NCBI GenBank assembly: GCA_021432655.1
Contig: MU271439.1
Span: 1-41,470 of the forward strand
DNA from: Atractiella rhizophila
Taxonomy: Eukaryota
DNA: 41,470 bases
Direction of reading: 5' to 3'
Shown here: piece after piece, positions 12,901 to 24,727 of the stretch
Position numbering within the stretch: position 1 is the stretch's first letter
Layout of the letters: every line of letters starts with the position of its first letter
The notes under the pieces: model-generated
The model's database searches: none
Told to the model about the DNA's origin: nothing
What the model saw: the letters and a program-made list of their open reading frames with translations, nothing else
Program-made: the position numbers and the translations under genes

Positions 12901-13532
12901 TGCGAAAGGTTTTGTGAATTTTATGTGCCTAAATCAATCGATTTACGTGATCAGTGATAGAAGTGCTGTCAATGCACCCAGTATATTGAAAGAATAGGAA
13001 GCAATAGAACATTCGATAATGACCGCCACCGATTTCAACTACTGTAGGCGAAGCAATGGTCCCTGCGCTTCCTTTGCTAAAGGTTTCTGTTTCAAACCCT
13101 ACCGTCCCAGCTTCTAGAACAGAAATACCAAATTGATTCAATGAACAACACACTCAGTAAGCATGAACAGAGGATGCTCTTGATGGCATAGATTTTGCTT
13201 CCGCCTACCTCAAAAACGACATTTACAAGTGTGGAATTGTCAAAGGTTTCGTGGAGTTGGGCGGACAGCGCCAAAAGGAACGACCATTGTTTTCTGTGAT
13301 TCCACTAATGAGCTGAAAATTCAGGTACAAAAATCAATGGACTTACACCAGAAACTGACCCAATCTTACTTGTCGTAGCTATCATGAGATTGGGTGTGGG
13401 TGGTTTTGGCCTCGGAGGGCTGTCCCAGTTGAGGGATCTAGCCTTGGGTGGCACTTCGTCTGCCTCAATTAGCGGGCCAGGCGTGGGAATTGTTTGATAG
13501 TCTCTGGACTTCCCTCCTTTTTTTCCCATCAT
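9990..13532 (-). pseudogene. Fungal BTB/POZ-domain gene split by a ~2.5 kb insertion
   Basis: 13092-13274 reads FDNSTLVNVVFEVGGSKIYAIKSIL. 12929-13153 reads GFETE..VVEI..YRMFYCFLFFQYTGCI. ~12810-12845 reads SPYVLYCLQ. The C-terminal helical part at ~10000-10200 reads LEEIALAAI..LRPEAAFNVLFS..EIVRFIATNW. The outer limits are approximate. Confidence 0.6.
10290..11140. mobile_element. MITE-like inverted-repeat element(s)
   Basis: ggacaagctggtcgccctgaggggctttgc (~10296-10325) is the inverted partner of gcaaacccctggggggcgaccagtttgccc (~10476-10505) and of gcaaacctcttgaggcgaccagtttgcccc (~11107-11136). Confidence 0.6.
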
Positions 13533-13648
13533 TCCTTTTACGGCTGATCTAGCTATCTTACATGTTTCAAGAAACGTGTGTTACAGTTTATGGCAGTGCT
13601 TTTACATATGTATATATACATCGAGATGCAGTGGTGGTGACCTCAGAG

Positions 13649-13728
13649 TATTCTCTTAGGTTTACCTCCACTACAGGTTAGTCTCCTCATGCCATACTAT
13701 TATTCCCTTAGGTTTACCTCCACTACAG
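13649..13728. repeat. 28-bp direct repeat, 2 copies, period 52
   Basis: tattcYcttaggtttacctccactacag at 13649-13676 and 13701-13728. Confidence 0.85.
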
Positions 13729-14899
13729 ACACATCGCCCATCGGCGACCGCACATAGTGTTTGCCCTAACACTAGTCCATATTGTTTGGATTCATATCTC
13801 ACATGTGGTTCACTTTTCACCCCACAAGGTTTGGCAAACACCATTTTCGGCGCATGACACAAGAACCCCAAACGTGTTGAAGAAATTAATTGAAGATCTG
13901 ATTTGAAGAATGCGAGAACATCCAGCATCTGTATTTGTATTTGTTGCTGCTGAATTGCCTTCAAAGTCCCTCGGCTGAAGACCACCAAAGTTTAGAAACA
14001 GCAAGATAACACCATGTCAAGATTGTTCAATCGCAATTCACTATCTTGCTCCATTCACCCCCCATCTTCTAACCCTAACCTACCCTCAACTCCATGACAC
14101 AAAGTTTCCGAGTGTTCGTTCATCTCTGCCATAAAGGGAGATGCTTTCTTCACAGAGAAATTGAAGCCAATGGAGAGAAATAACGAGCAATATGATTATC
14201 CGGGACAAATACTTACTGCGGGTTCTTTGCCACTTCAAAGGTCTCATGAAATAAACATTGCTGAGGAAGGATTTGATCAGGGTTGGATACCACTCTTCCC
14301 ATTCCACCATATGGGCAAAGATGCCTTGTGTTTATCCTTTGAATCAACAATTCACACCTCACACATCAGCATTCGACAGCATGTTCAATCTGGTGTCCAA
14401 TCCTGCCCGAGGAGGACTCTTTGTTCCACCATAATCATACCTCCTTCACTGTCGGATTCTCCTCCGTCACCGCTACCACCAGCCCGTTCGATTTCTAGTT
14501 CAGCGAGATGTGTGGGCATGTTGGCGAGGATTCAGGTATATTGTAGGACTGGATCCGATCGTCCTTTCAAGTGTGAGGAGTGTGCTTAATCATTTTGTCG
14601 ACACCACGACCTTAAGAGACCCAGAAGAATCCATTTGACTATCAAACCGTTCCCATCTGGATATTGTGTTCGTCCTCCCTCTTGATTGCTCCCAAAGATC
14701 AAAGATAAAGTGCTCCGATGCTAGCTGCTGTCCAGTCCATAGGATAAGAGATTCACAAGAAAGGATGTGTTGAAAGTCAGAAATTGTGTAATGAAGGACT
14801 ATGCGAACGTAAACTTCTCCACCAACAACAAATTGTGCCTGAACCTTATGGCCCTTATGGAAGGCGCCAAGTATACTTCATTCATCCTTCGACTGGCCT

Positions 14900-15787
14900 A
14901 ATTGTAAAAGTGTTAGTGTCGCTGCCTCGCATAAGTCCTCCTTCTCCATCCTGCTGACATCGAAGTTGAGAAACTGAAAGAGGTCTGGGACAAGCTCAAG
15001 GAGCTCTACCAGACTCAGGACCGACAAGCGTGCGTACTGCTCCTCCAGAAGCTTTATACGCTGCGTTATGTCGAAGGTGAATCCATGCAGGAGCACGTAG
15101 ACCGAATCAGAACCATGGGACAGGAGTTGAAAGTGATGGGAGACAAGGACGATGATGATATCGCCATGCTCCTACTTATCTCACTCCCACGGTCCTGGAT
15201 CGAGGTCGTCTCCTCCTTCCACACCATTGCGCACCTCCGACTTCACATCCTCATACCTCACCTCCCGTCTTCTGCTCAAAGCAGGAACCCTGACCAAAGA
15301 CTACCTCAGAAGCATTAAAAACGAAGACAGGGTGAGGAGGAAAGTACTTCACCAAATTGAATGGTGGGAGTAGTGGAGGAAAACCGAAAAGTGAAAAGAT
15401 GTATGGAAAATGCCATTATTGTGGCATTGACGGACATTGGGAACGGGACTGCCGCGAAAAGAAGAGAGAAGCAGGAGAGAAACCTGGAGAAGCTAGAATA
15501 TCAGAAGCCTTCCGCACGGTTACGGTGGAAGGGACTCACCATGAGGGGATCTACGTCAATTCCGCTGCCATGGACCACATCGTGCCCTTTGCAAACTGGT
15601 CCCCCGCCCAAGCCCCACGCGCGTCGCATCCACTCGTCCCACGGCGTCACCACACAAGCAATTGGCATTGGCACTGTCAAAGTGTTAACAAAGGTCAAAG
15701 GAGTAGAAAGAGAAATTGAAATAACTGACACGCTCTATGACCCTGAAATCGACTGCGCCCTCCTCTCCACCAACAAGTTGAACACGC
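14900..15787 (+). mobile_element. Ty1/Copia gag-protease relic, truncated by a Gypsy insertion
   Basis: EVWDKLKELY..LLQKLYTLRYVEGESMQEHVDRI..LLISLPRSW (UBN2/gag). CHYCGIDGHWERDC zinc knuckle. IYVNSAAMDHIVP (degenerate DSGA protease). AIGIGTVKV..ITDTLYDPEIDCALLSTNKL. Frameshifted; it stops where the Gypsy terminus begins at 15788. Confidence 0.9.
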
Positions 15788-18700
15788 TGTGGCAGGCACA
15801 AACATGTACAATCAATAGAATGAAATACACACATCCACCATCTATCACTCACGTCCGATCCCCACCTTGAGAACCGCTACAGGTGGCTAGCCTGCATCTG
15901 AACCTGCCCACGCCCACGCTGGCACCCAGAAAATCCTACCATCAAGACCCCTCCTGTCTCGCCTCGCTGCTATCACATTCACCCACCTTGCACCTCATCA
16001 ATAACGCCCCGCCGCTCCTGCCCATACCCCCCTCTCATCGCCTCTCTCCCATAGCCGAACAAAGAGCATCCCCTCCTCACACACAGATCTCACAAATCAG
16101 CTCACCATTCCCGGAACAATCCTCCGACAAGCTAACACCCCTACTGACAACTCGCACCTTAGACCTCACATTCAACAAGAGATGATCCATGGACCCGGAG
16201 CAAGGAGAAGGAAGATCAGGAATGAATGACAAGGGGGGAGAAGGGGGAGAGGGAATACAGATGATGCATTTAACGAAGTTGAGGGAATTAAGAAAGATAA
16301 TAAGGAAGAGAGAAAGAGAGAGAAAACGGTTGAGAAGGGAGAGGGAGGTAAGTATTAAGAATGTCACGTCTTGGAGAGGGAAAAGGGAGGAATTGAGAAG
16401 TTTTCTGCTAACATCCTAGCCTACCATAAGGAGCAGAAGGGGAGCGAAGGGGGATATTCCGAAGTATGGTGGAAAGAGAGGATGAAGTCGGAGAGAACAG
16501 GGAGGTGGAACGGTATAGCCTGATGAAGGCTATGGAGTGACTGAGAGGTTGCTTCAGGCCGACGATCATGTTCTGTATGCGCTTCAACAACGAAGGAGGG
16601 ACATGAGGGTTCACGGAACAAGTTGGCAGTCGCTGGAAGAAGCGTACAAATGGATAGAGGAGGCAGTTACACCGCCAAGAGTGTAGCAAGGTCTTACGCA
16701 GTATCAGGAATTGGAGGCACTGATAGACGAATATGGAAGCAAGGGACAGGAACTCGAAAAGAGGGTTCTGCTTGACCCATCAAACCCAGAATCCCAGCTG
16801 GTTCTACAACACATTTCATACACCCTCCAAGTCAAGTCGTGATGCATGGCTCCCAGACGATTACCAGAACGAACCTGTACTAGCTCAGAAACTCAAGGAT
16901 TCCTTCCCTCAAACTGTCTGAACACACCTCATCGGCCTTACGACGGTTAGAGAAAGTAGTGGATACAGTTGCAAAGCTGTCGGAGGTAAGCCTGGGACCG
17001 GACCTTAGGGAAGCGAGAAAGGAAAAAGAGGAGAGATTGAAAGAGAAGGAGGATATGTTTGAGATGTAGAAAGGCAATAAGATGTCATTCAAACGTCAAC
17101 GACGCAAAAACCCTTCCAGCAACCCTTTACGCAGAACTGACCGAACCCATCATTTCAACAACATCCTCTCGCAACACACCGAACAATCATTGAGCCACGA
17201 CTATCCTCACCCCTAATCCCAACCAGGATTGAACACGGAGCGTGGAGAACATACCTTTCGAACAAGTGAGCAGCATACAGTGCTGCGTTCAAACGATTCG
17301 TAGACAGGGGCACAGCAGCATCTCCCTTAAACCCGTTTCCCCTCTCGCCGGGAACCCTTCCAGCCAACTCAAATGACTGCAACGTTTGCAGGATGGAATG
17401 GGGAGGTAGAAGCCACTGTTGCAACGTGCCACCCGTCCCCCAAATCGAAAAGCAATTTTGATGGAGCTGCAGGAACCGGAAGTTCTTCCTGTTCAAGATG
17501 GTGAGCGGAGGTCGGTGGAATGGGAAGGGACAAGGAGGCGGAGGATGAAGTGATTGAAAGATGAGAGTGCATGTTCATTGCGCAAGAACTGGAAAAGGAT
17601 CTCAAAGTCGAAGACGATGAAGAAAGGTGAATACCTGCCTCCTGCAAACCAATGCAGTCCATTCATCATCCTATGTATCCAGTGCCTAAGGCAAGGATAG
17701 ATAAGGTGGTAGGATGGTCAAACATTCTAGAAAAAAGGGAAACACCTGTTGTTCCTCCTATCGAGAATACAATCTCCTTGTTCATCAAAATAGACAGGTC
17801 GTTCAAAATAGACGGGTCGTTCCTGCACTGGCTGAAGAAGTTAGTAGAGAGTTTAGAGAGAAGAGGGATAGAAAAACTTCTAGTGTCGGTCCCCTCTAGC
17901 GGCGCAGGTCCCATCGACGTTTCGAATGGAATTTCGACGGGGAACAACTGGGGAGGATGGCGCAGGCTCTTGCCTAAGCCTTGCAAGAGCATGCCCTTCC
18001 AGGCCACCACTGGCTTGGGAGTAAGTGAATCACCAGTACCGTTGGAGAGGGCACTGATGAACACAACACACCATCTGTCACATCTGACGAATTGGATCGA
18101 GAGATATCAGCACCTTACATCCCATCCAAAACACAAACACCACCACCAAAGACAAAAACCAACTCCCCCATCAACAACAGTTGCAGCCAACAACGAAGCA
18201 ACAAACAAATTACACTCAGCCACGGGCGAACCCAGCAGAGGCATAGCGATAAATTGTGCCAAAACGGCACCAGCCATGGCTACCCCTCAGGATGCATTAG
18301 CCGACTCGGAATCGAGTACTGGATCAAACGAAAGCCTACCGAGAATCAGAACAAGGGAGGCAGGATTCCGTCAGCTACCACTGCGCCACCCTCCCCATTG
18401 GCGGCGTCAAACCTAGCAGTGGACGAGGACGAAGGAATACCAGTCATAACCGAAGAACAGAGACGGTTGGCACAAGGCGGCTCAAGAGGCAACAATGGAA
18501 GAACAGTCAGAAGCGCTAAAAAGTGGACAAGAGGGAAGTTGTTTTGCATCACTATTGAAATTGGAACAGCTTGGACCGGGCCACTGGAAGGTTCACTTCA
18601 ATCATAGACAAGGGGGGGACCAGAAATTTGATGAGCAAGGACTCTTATCTAAAGAACCAAAGAAACCTGCCCCCCTCCTTCTGTCAGACAGTTCGCTGAT

Positions 18701-20465
18701 AATTGGGAATGGATCAGTAGCTTTACCAATCGGCAGAATAACGACTCAATCAGCAGTTATCAACGGTGCACAACTAGCCGAGACCCAGTTTGAGATCCTG
18801 GACACAGGGTGAACGTTTGATGTACTCCTCAGCAAGGGATGGAAAGAAGACTTGGAAGCGATTCGTTTCTACAAAAGGGACGTCATATGCTTCGCACCAA
18901 CAGACAACAGCAAGACCTGGAAATGTTATAGGAACGAAACGATTGGATCAACTCAACCGCCTCGAAAGCTCCCATCAAACCCCTTTACATCATCAAATTA
19001 CTCACTTCCGGAACCATATTCTACTTTGAAACCACCACCAACCATGACACCAATTTATCCTCACAATTCCAAATCATCAACAACTCTTGCGAAATAGATG
19101 AAGAAGTATTTGTGCTGGAGCAATACAAGAAAATCCTTGGTCCTCCCTCCCTGGCGCAGGTGCACATTGGGTCGGCGCTAGGGGAGGAAAGTAGCGATTT
19201 CGACTCAGCGCGTGCACAACTGGGGAGAGTAGAGGTTAGCCCAGCCGTCAAGAAAACCAACTCCATTTCCACCCCTGGTGGAAAGTGTGAGCAGCCGTTC
19301 CCACAACCCGACACCAGAGACTAATGCCCTAACATTCCCCCTCAGCATGCAGACCTTTCAAAATGCTTTTGCCGACCCCTCTAGGCTTACAAATACTGAG
19401 TTCTTCATCGGAATGATATCAGAAAACGAAATCCCTGAAGAAGTTGTAATAGCTATGGAAAGACGACCCATGAGATGGTGAGCGAAGAAGAAGATGAGAG
19501 ACAGGCACCAGGAAAATGCTGTGTGAACGGAACTGGATGGGAGACGATGGAGCAGAGATGGGTAGATGGGAAAGATTGAAGGATCATTTTGTGGTCAGAG
19601 ATAGAAAGGAAGCCTCGAACCCAACCGAAGAGCAGAGACAACAAGTCACGAAAGTCCTCAGGGATTATGTCGATGTATTCGCTACTTTAATATGCGACAT
19701 GTCTCGAACTGACATCATCCAGCACTCAATAAAGCTCAATCCAAACTCGCCTCCAACACACTCATCTTTCCAACAAACCCTCACTCCTCCACAGCGAATT
19801 TATGGACAACAAAATTGATGCCATGCTACATGACGACGTCATTGTCCAGCTTCCAACGGCCGAACACCAACCTCCTCACATTGCACATCTCAAAATCGTT
19901 CCCAAACCAAATGACAACGAGAAACCCTTCGACATATCCATCGACTCTCTTCGATTAAAGGTCTCTCAGGCACTAGCTCTGCTAGAAGGAGAGCAGACAG
20001 CTGAACCATCAGAGAAGACAGACGATCCGGAGAGGCATGAACTCCCATCGGGACCAAAGGCAAAATGGAGCATGGAAATAGCATTTCTGGGACTCAAGGC
20101 GGCGGTAGAATCATCTCCATTTCTTGCAGCAGGGCTCAATCAAACAGCAGCAGAAATGGCAGGAAACAAGTTGTATTCCTGTGTGGACATGTGTAGAGTT
20201 TCTATGCTGTCTTCATGCGAGAAGGGGACATTGAAAAGACAGCTTCTGTGCTCCTGGAAGAGGATTGTTCGCTTTCAAACTAATGGCATTAGGGCTCACT
20301 GGATCCCCTGGTACATACTCGGAAATGATGGATCGCGCGTTTGGAGATCTATGCCAAAAACACAGGGGGCGGCTAGGTTGGTGGGTGGACGACATCTATG
20401 GACCCGACAAATCTTGCCAAGTTTCACGTCAACACAATGGTTCCACTTGTGCTTGAGAAGTACGT
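15788..20465 (+). mobile_element. Ty3/Gypsy retrotransposon relic(s): terminus, gag, protease and RT, 3'-truncated and possibly a composite of two elements
   Basis: Terminus TGTGGC...GCTACA (15788-15881). Gag from 16189 (WRGKREELRSFL). Degenerate zinc knuckles near 17377 and 18255. Protease IIDKGGTRNLMS near 18600. RT with YVDVFA..DIIQHSIKL, MAGNKLYSCVD, MALGLTGSPGTYSEMM and WWVDDI. Many stops and frameshifts; no RNase H or integrase. Confidence 0.88.
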
Positions 20466-20479
20466 GACGCAAACTATTT

Positions 20480-21945
20480 GAAGAGGGATACCGAAAGGAT
20501 CGAAGAATTATCTTGAGCTGGAGCTATTTCTGCCAATTGGATTCAAACCAGGACCAAAGGGAATATTACTGAGGACCGCAAGGAGATGGTTGAGGAAAGA
20601 GGGTTTCCGATGGACCAATTATAAGAAGGGGCTCTACTTTGAGTAAGTAGTTTGCATTGTAACCAACTAAGATGACATTTTGTAGTGGACATGATAGACC
20701 GGATGTTATCTGGTATCAGCAGGAGGTCTTCATCCCTGAGCTTGAAAGTTACATGCTACAATTATGCCAGCATGAAGTTGTTGATGTGATGCATGAGCTT
20801 GTCAAGGATCTCCTCCAGGTACCTGTTGAGTTGTCCTTGTCTCTCATGACAAGTCCCCCACCTGCAAATGTACATGACGGCAAGCACTTTTCATGGGTGC
20901 TAGACAGACAATCCAATCTCTGAAAGAAGGGACTAGGTCGTGGTCTTCATCAATCTGACCTGATCTGCTCAACAAAGGATTGGCTAGAGGAAGCAGGCAA
21001 GTAATTGGAGTATGGGAAAAATCATGAAGGATACTGGAATGCTGAGAAGCTTGCTGAATAGGTGCGTCTTACTACCTTTAACTTCGGTAATTAACAGAGT
21101 GCTTGGAAGGTTGGACCAAGGTAATACCTGTTTTTGAACGGTTAAATCCAGGTGATCAGGCACTTGTGATGTTCGATAACTCAACTGGGCATGGAGCGCT
21201 TGCCAAGGATGCTCTCAATACAAAGCACATGAATGTTGGACCAGGTATGTGCTTTATTCTTCAGCATATATATACACCAATCTTTGAGCAGGAGGTACAC
21301 AAGCCAAGTTGAGAGATGGCTGGTAGGTTGATGTGAAGGGGAGAAACATGCTCAGGGGATGGCTTATGCTGATGGAAAGACAAAGGGAATGAAGGCTGTT
21401 TTGCAGGAGAGGGGTCTGTAGCTCCTGGGACTGTGAGGAAAGTGCAAGCAAGTTGCAGATCATCATGATGGTCATAACTGCTGTGCTGGTAAGGCAGCTC
21501 AGTTTGTTATTGAATTTTGCTTACTTTCAGTCAGAGCGGTGGCTAGCGGCTCAGCCTGATTTTCAGGAACAGAAGCCGCTGATGCAAGAGATCTTGGAGC
21601 GGAAGGGACACAAGGCCATTTTCTTACCGAAGCTCCACTGTGAACTGAACTTCATTGAGTTCTTCTGGGGACCTATGAAACGATATATTAGGGGTAAGAT
21701 GTTTGCTCCTTGTCTTGAGGCTCCTGTCTGATACAATGAAGCAGAAAATTGTGATTATACTTTTGAGGGATTGAAGAAAACAGAGGGACTCCGCTCAGTG
21801 CCGCTCTCAACTATCCGTAAATTTGAACACCGGACTCACCGTTGGATTCAAGCTTACAAGGATGGAAAAAGTGCTGTCGATGCTGAGTATCAAGTAAGGC
21901 AATACTCCTCATATTGTAGGGTTCCGGAGGTACAAGCATCATATG
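20480..21945 (+). mobile_element. Intron-containing DDE (Tc1/IS630-like) transposase pseudogene
   Basis: Spliced reading: RTARRWL..GF..KKGLYFDGHDRPDV..KKGLGRGLHQSD..YGKNHEGYWN..ALVMFDNSTGH..DALN..MNVGPGG..KGMKAVLQERG..QPDFQEQK..GHKAIFLPKLHCELNFIEFFWG..ENCDYTFEGL..WIQAY. GT-AG introns at 20643-20685, 21245-21291, 21489-21530 and 21694-21744 (plus one near 21062). In-frame stops are present. Confidence 0.9.
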
Positions 21946-22404
21946 AAGATTTTGAAATGTTGAATAGTAACAAACTATTGCTCAATAATTTAGTTACAGA
22001 TACTAATCTATTTCTGTCTTATAAACCTCTCTCCTTGTATATCACAAATATATAACACCTCGAACCAAGCTCAAACAAAGACAAAAAATTTCGAAAAAAA
22101 ATTGGAATAAAAATTTAATTCATCAACCCTCATCAATGAGTCATGGTGTGACACAATGGCGGTGACTAGGCGACCTGCACCATAGAAGGCAGTCCATATC
22201 GGTCATTCTTGGATCTTTCGTCATTCTCAAACCTTTGTAAAACTTGACAGCCAGCGTTTTGCCACCAAACCAGGCCCAGAAGACAGATATAAAACCACTC
22301 TACCCAAGGGTTTTGCTGACTTGTCAGGGTTCGCTTCTGGAATATGTGGCAAATGGTCTAGAAGGTTCTGTCAGGCATGCGGCAAATAGAGTTAACAGTG
22401 GAAT

Positions 22405-23206
22405 ATGCCGGCCGGTCCTTGTCTCCCACGGGGCTTCGCACGCTTTTTTGGATGAGGCTCCTCTCGTGCAGGATTCCTTGGTCGGAGAGGTGCGAGTCCC
22501 AGTGGAGGAGGATGTTGAAGAGCGACCTTCGGGACTGCTGCCCTTCGGCCAGGTATTCGGGTCGAGCCTCGCTGTAGGAGACCTGGGCGAGGGTGGGCAC
22601 GGGGGGTTCCGTCCGTGCTTGCTGCTGGCTCGTTTCGGGCGGCTGGACGTGAGCGATGATCTTTTGGTTTCCTTTGGAGCCGAGGTGATGGTGGTAGACG
22701 AGTTGGACGTGGCAGCGGTGGGCGGACGTCGACCTCGGCTCGTCCACGTCTCGGTGGTGCGCCTGGCGGTGGTCTCGGACGGCGGAGTGGGAGAGGAAGA
22801 GTTGGAGGCAATCGCCGTGGTGGCAGTGGTAGCCGTGTTGGACGGGTAGCGACGGGAGCGGCTCGGGTGGTGCCGGTTGGAGGGTGCCTGGGTCACGGTC
22901 AGTGGACCCGAAGCGGAGGGTCTCTCGCCCCTACCTGTCAGATACCTCTCGGGGGGTTCGATGGGCTCCGGGAGACGGCGGATGGCTCGGGCGATGTGCT
23001 TCTTCGTGTGACCCGCCAGTTTGTGGCTTTTCTGGGTGAAGTGTTTCTCTTTCGCCTCGGGGTGGACGTAGACCTGGTGGTTGCGGCAGTAGAGGTAGCC
23101 CGGCGGGAGGACGAAAGCGCCCAGATCGCTCGGGGACAGTTCTGTGGTCTCGTGAGGGGGATGACCTGCTCTGGGATGCTTACTTACCTGAACTGCTGGA
23201 GGACAT
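22405..23206 (-). pseudogene. 5' part of a DUF3505-type gene (N-terminus typical of fungal telomere-linked RecQ-like helicases), 3'-truncated
   Basis: ATG at 23206 plus two GT-AG introns give MSSSSSELSPSDLGAFVLPPGYLYCRNHQVYVHPEAKEKHFTQKSH..PEPLPSLPVQHGYHCHHGDCLQLFLSHSAVRDHRQAHH..CHVQLVY..RRSLFNILLHWDSHL. The segment is markedly GC-rich, and the composition changes abruptly near 22405. Confidence 0.65.
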
Positions 23207-23489
23207 GTTCTGCTGAGAGCTGGAGGGGGATGATGCCTGAGTAGATGGTGGTTGATGGATTATTTCCCTGATTAGCTTCAGCGCATGGTCGGCTTTACAT
23301 TTGGGCGCCGCATGCGCCGGTGCACCAGGATGTCCCCACAAAGCGGGGCTCCAAAAGGCTCTACTTTGATCCAAGGCCTTCATAGGTTCATGTTTTAGGG
23401 TAAGGTTCGCATCTGGGAGGCCAAAGTCACGCATGGGCCTCATGTTGGCCTCGCTGGGTTCAGGTATGTATTTGAGGTGTAGCCCCCTA

Positions 23490-24181
23490 AGGGGCCACGA
23501 AGCGCAGACCCGAAGTTGTCCTTATCAGCTCACACGAAGTGAAATTTTGGAGGGGTGGCGAACTTGACATGTTTTAGCTAGTTCCTGCACAAAAGTGATT
23601 ATCTTGCGAAACAGGTGAATTTTGCACGTTGCAGACCCATAATAGCTACTTCGCGACCGGGGGTAGGTCACAGCCAGTAGCTGACCCGAAGTGGTTATAA
23701 CCCACCTGGAGGCACTTCGCAGTTGTGGCCCATTGAAGATCCAAAATGTAAATTTCGTGGCTGCAGTTGAACTTCGCAGGTTGCGGCCTGTTGCTGATCT
23801 GAAATTGCTAATTCGCTACTGGAGGTGCACTTCGCAGGTTGCAGCCAGCGGGCCGCCCAAAGTGGCCATTTCGCGACTGTAGGGTTTACTGTCCCACGAG
23901 TGTGCTCTCTCGCGTTTGGAGTCTCGCGAGTTTGCAGTCTGGCGAGTTTGCATTCTTGCAAGCTCGCATTCTCGCTAGTTGGCCGTCTCGCGGGTTGGCC
24001 GTCTCGCGAGTTTGCTCTCTCGCGCGTTTGTTGTCCCGTGAGTTGCTCTCTCCCATATCTGCTCCCTCGCAACTACAGGGACACTTCGCACGTTGCAACC
24101 CATCGCTGAACCAAACTTGACCTTTCGCGACCGGAAGGCACTTCGCACGTTGCAGCCAGCCAGCGACCCGAAGTGCCAACT
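23490..24181. repeat. CpG-rich array of short degenerate repeats
   Basis: Repeated cttcgcaSgttgcagcc, gacccgaagt and tctcgcgagtttgc motifs upstream of the DUF3505-like gene. Confidence 0.75.
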
Positions 24182-24727
24182 TCGCGACTGGTAGCGAACT
24201 GGGCCCCCTCGCTATGAACCTCGCATGTTTGAGCGGGTTCGCTTCGGGGCTGATCCCACCTCGCGAGACAATTTGGCCGTCGCGTCCGAGCTGATGGGAC
24301 TCAACGGTGCGTTCCGTCCCGTCAGGTTAGTTCCGTCAGTGAGAGCCTCGCAACTGGGCTGACGGGACTCACCCTGGCCCTGACCCTAACTCTGTTCCCC
24401 AGCCAAATTTGACTGACGGAACAGTTCCGTCACGAAGGAATAGTAGTAGGGCCCACGTCGTGACTGGTAGCGAACTGGGTGCCCTCGCGATGAACCTCGC
24501 ATGTTTGAGCGAGTTCGCGTCGGGGCTGATCCCCACCTCGCGAGACAATTTGGCCGTCGCGTCCGAGCTGACGGGACTCAACGGTGCGTTCCGTCCCGTC
24601 AGTTTAGTTTCGTCAGTCAGAGCCTCGCGACTGGGCTGACGGGACCCACCCTGGCCCTGACCCTAACTCTGTTCCCCAGCCAAATTTGACTGACGGAACA
24701 GTTCCGTCGCGAAGGAATAGTAGTAGG
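24182..24727. repeat. ~276-bp tandem duplication, 2 near-identical copies
   Basis: Units start tcgYgactggtagcgaactggg at 24182 and 24458, and both run to gaaggaatagtagtagg. Confidence 0.95.

Noticed and set aside
14448..14602. Possible solo LTR (TGTCGG...TCGACA); similarly TGTTAG...TAACA near 6940-7065
   Set aside because: No target-site duplication and no second copy in the window.
22244..23244. Long overlapping ORFs (201, 190, 139 and 125 aa)
   Set aside because: They are shadow frames of the GC-rich spliced DUF3505-like gene on the minus strand.
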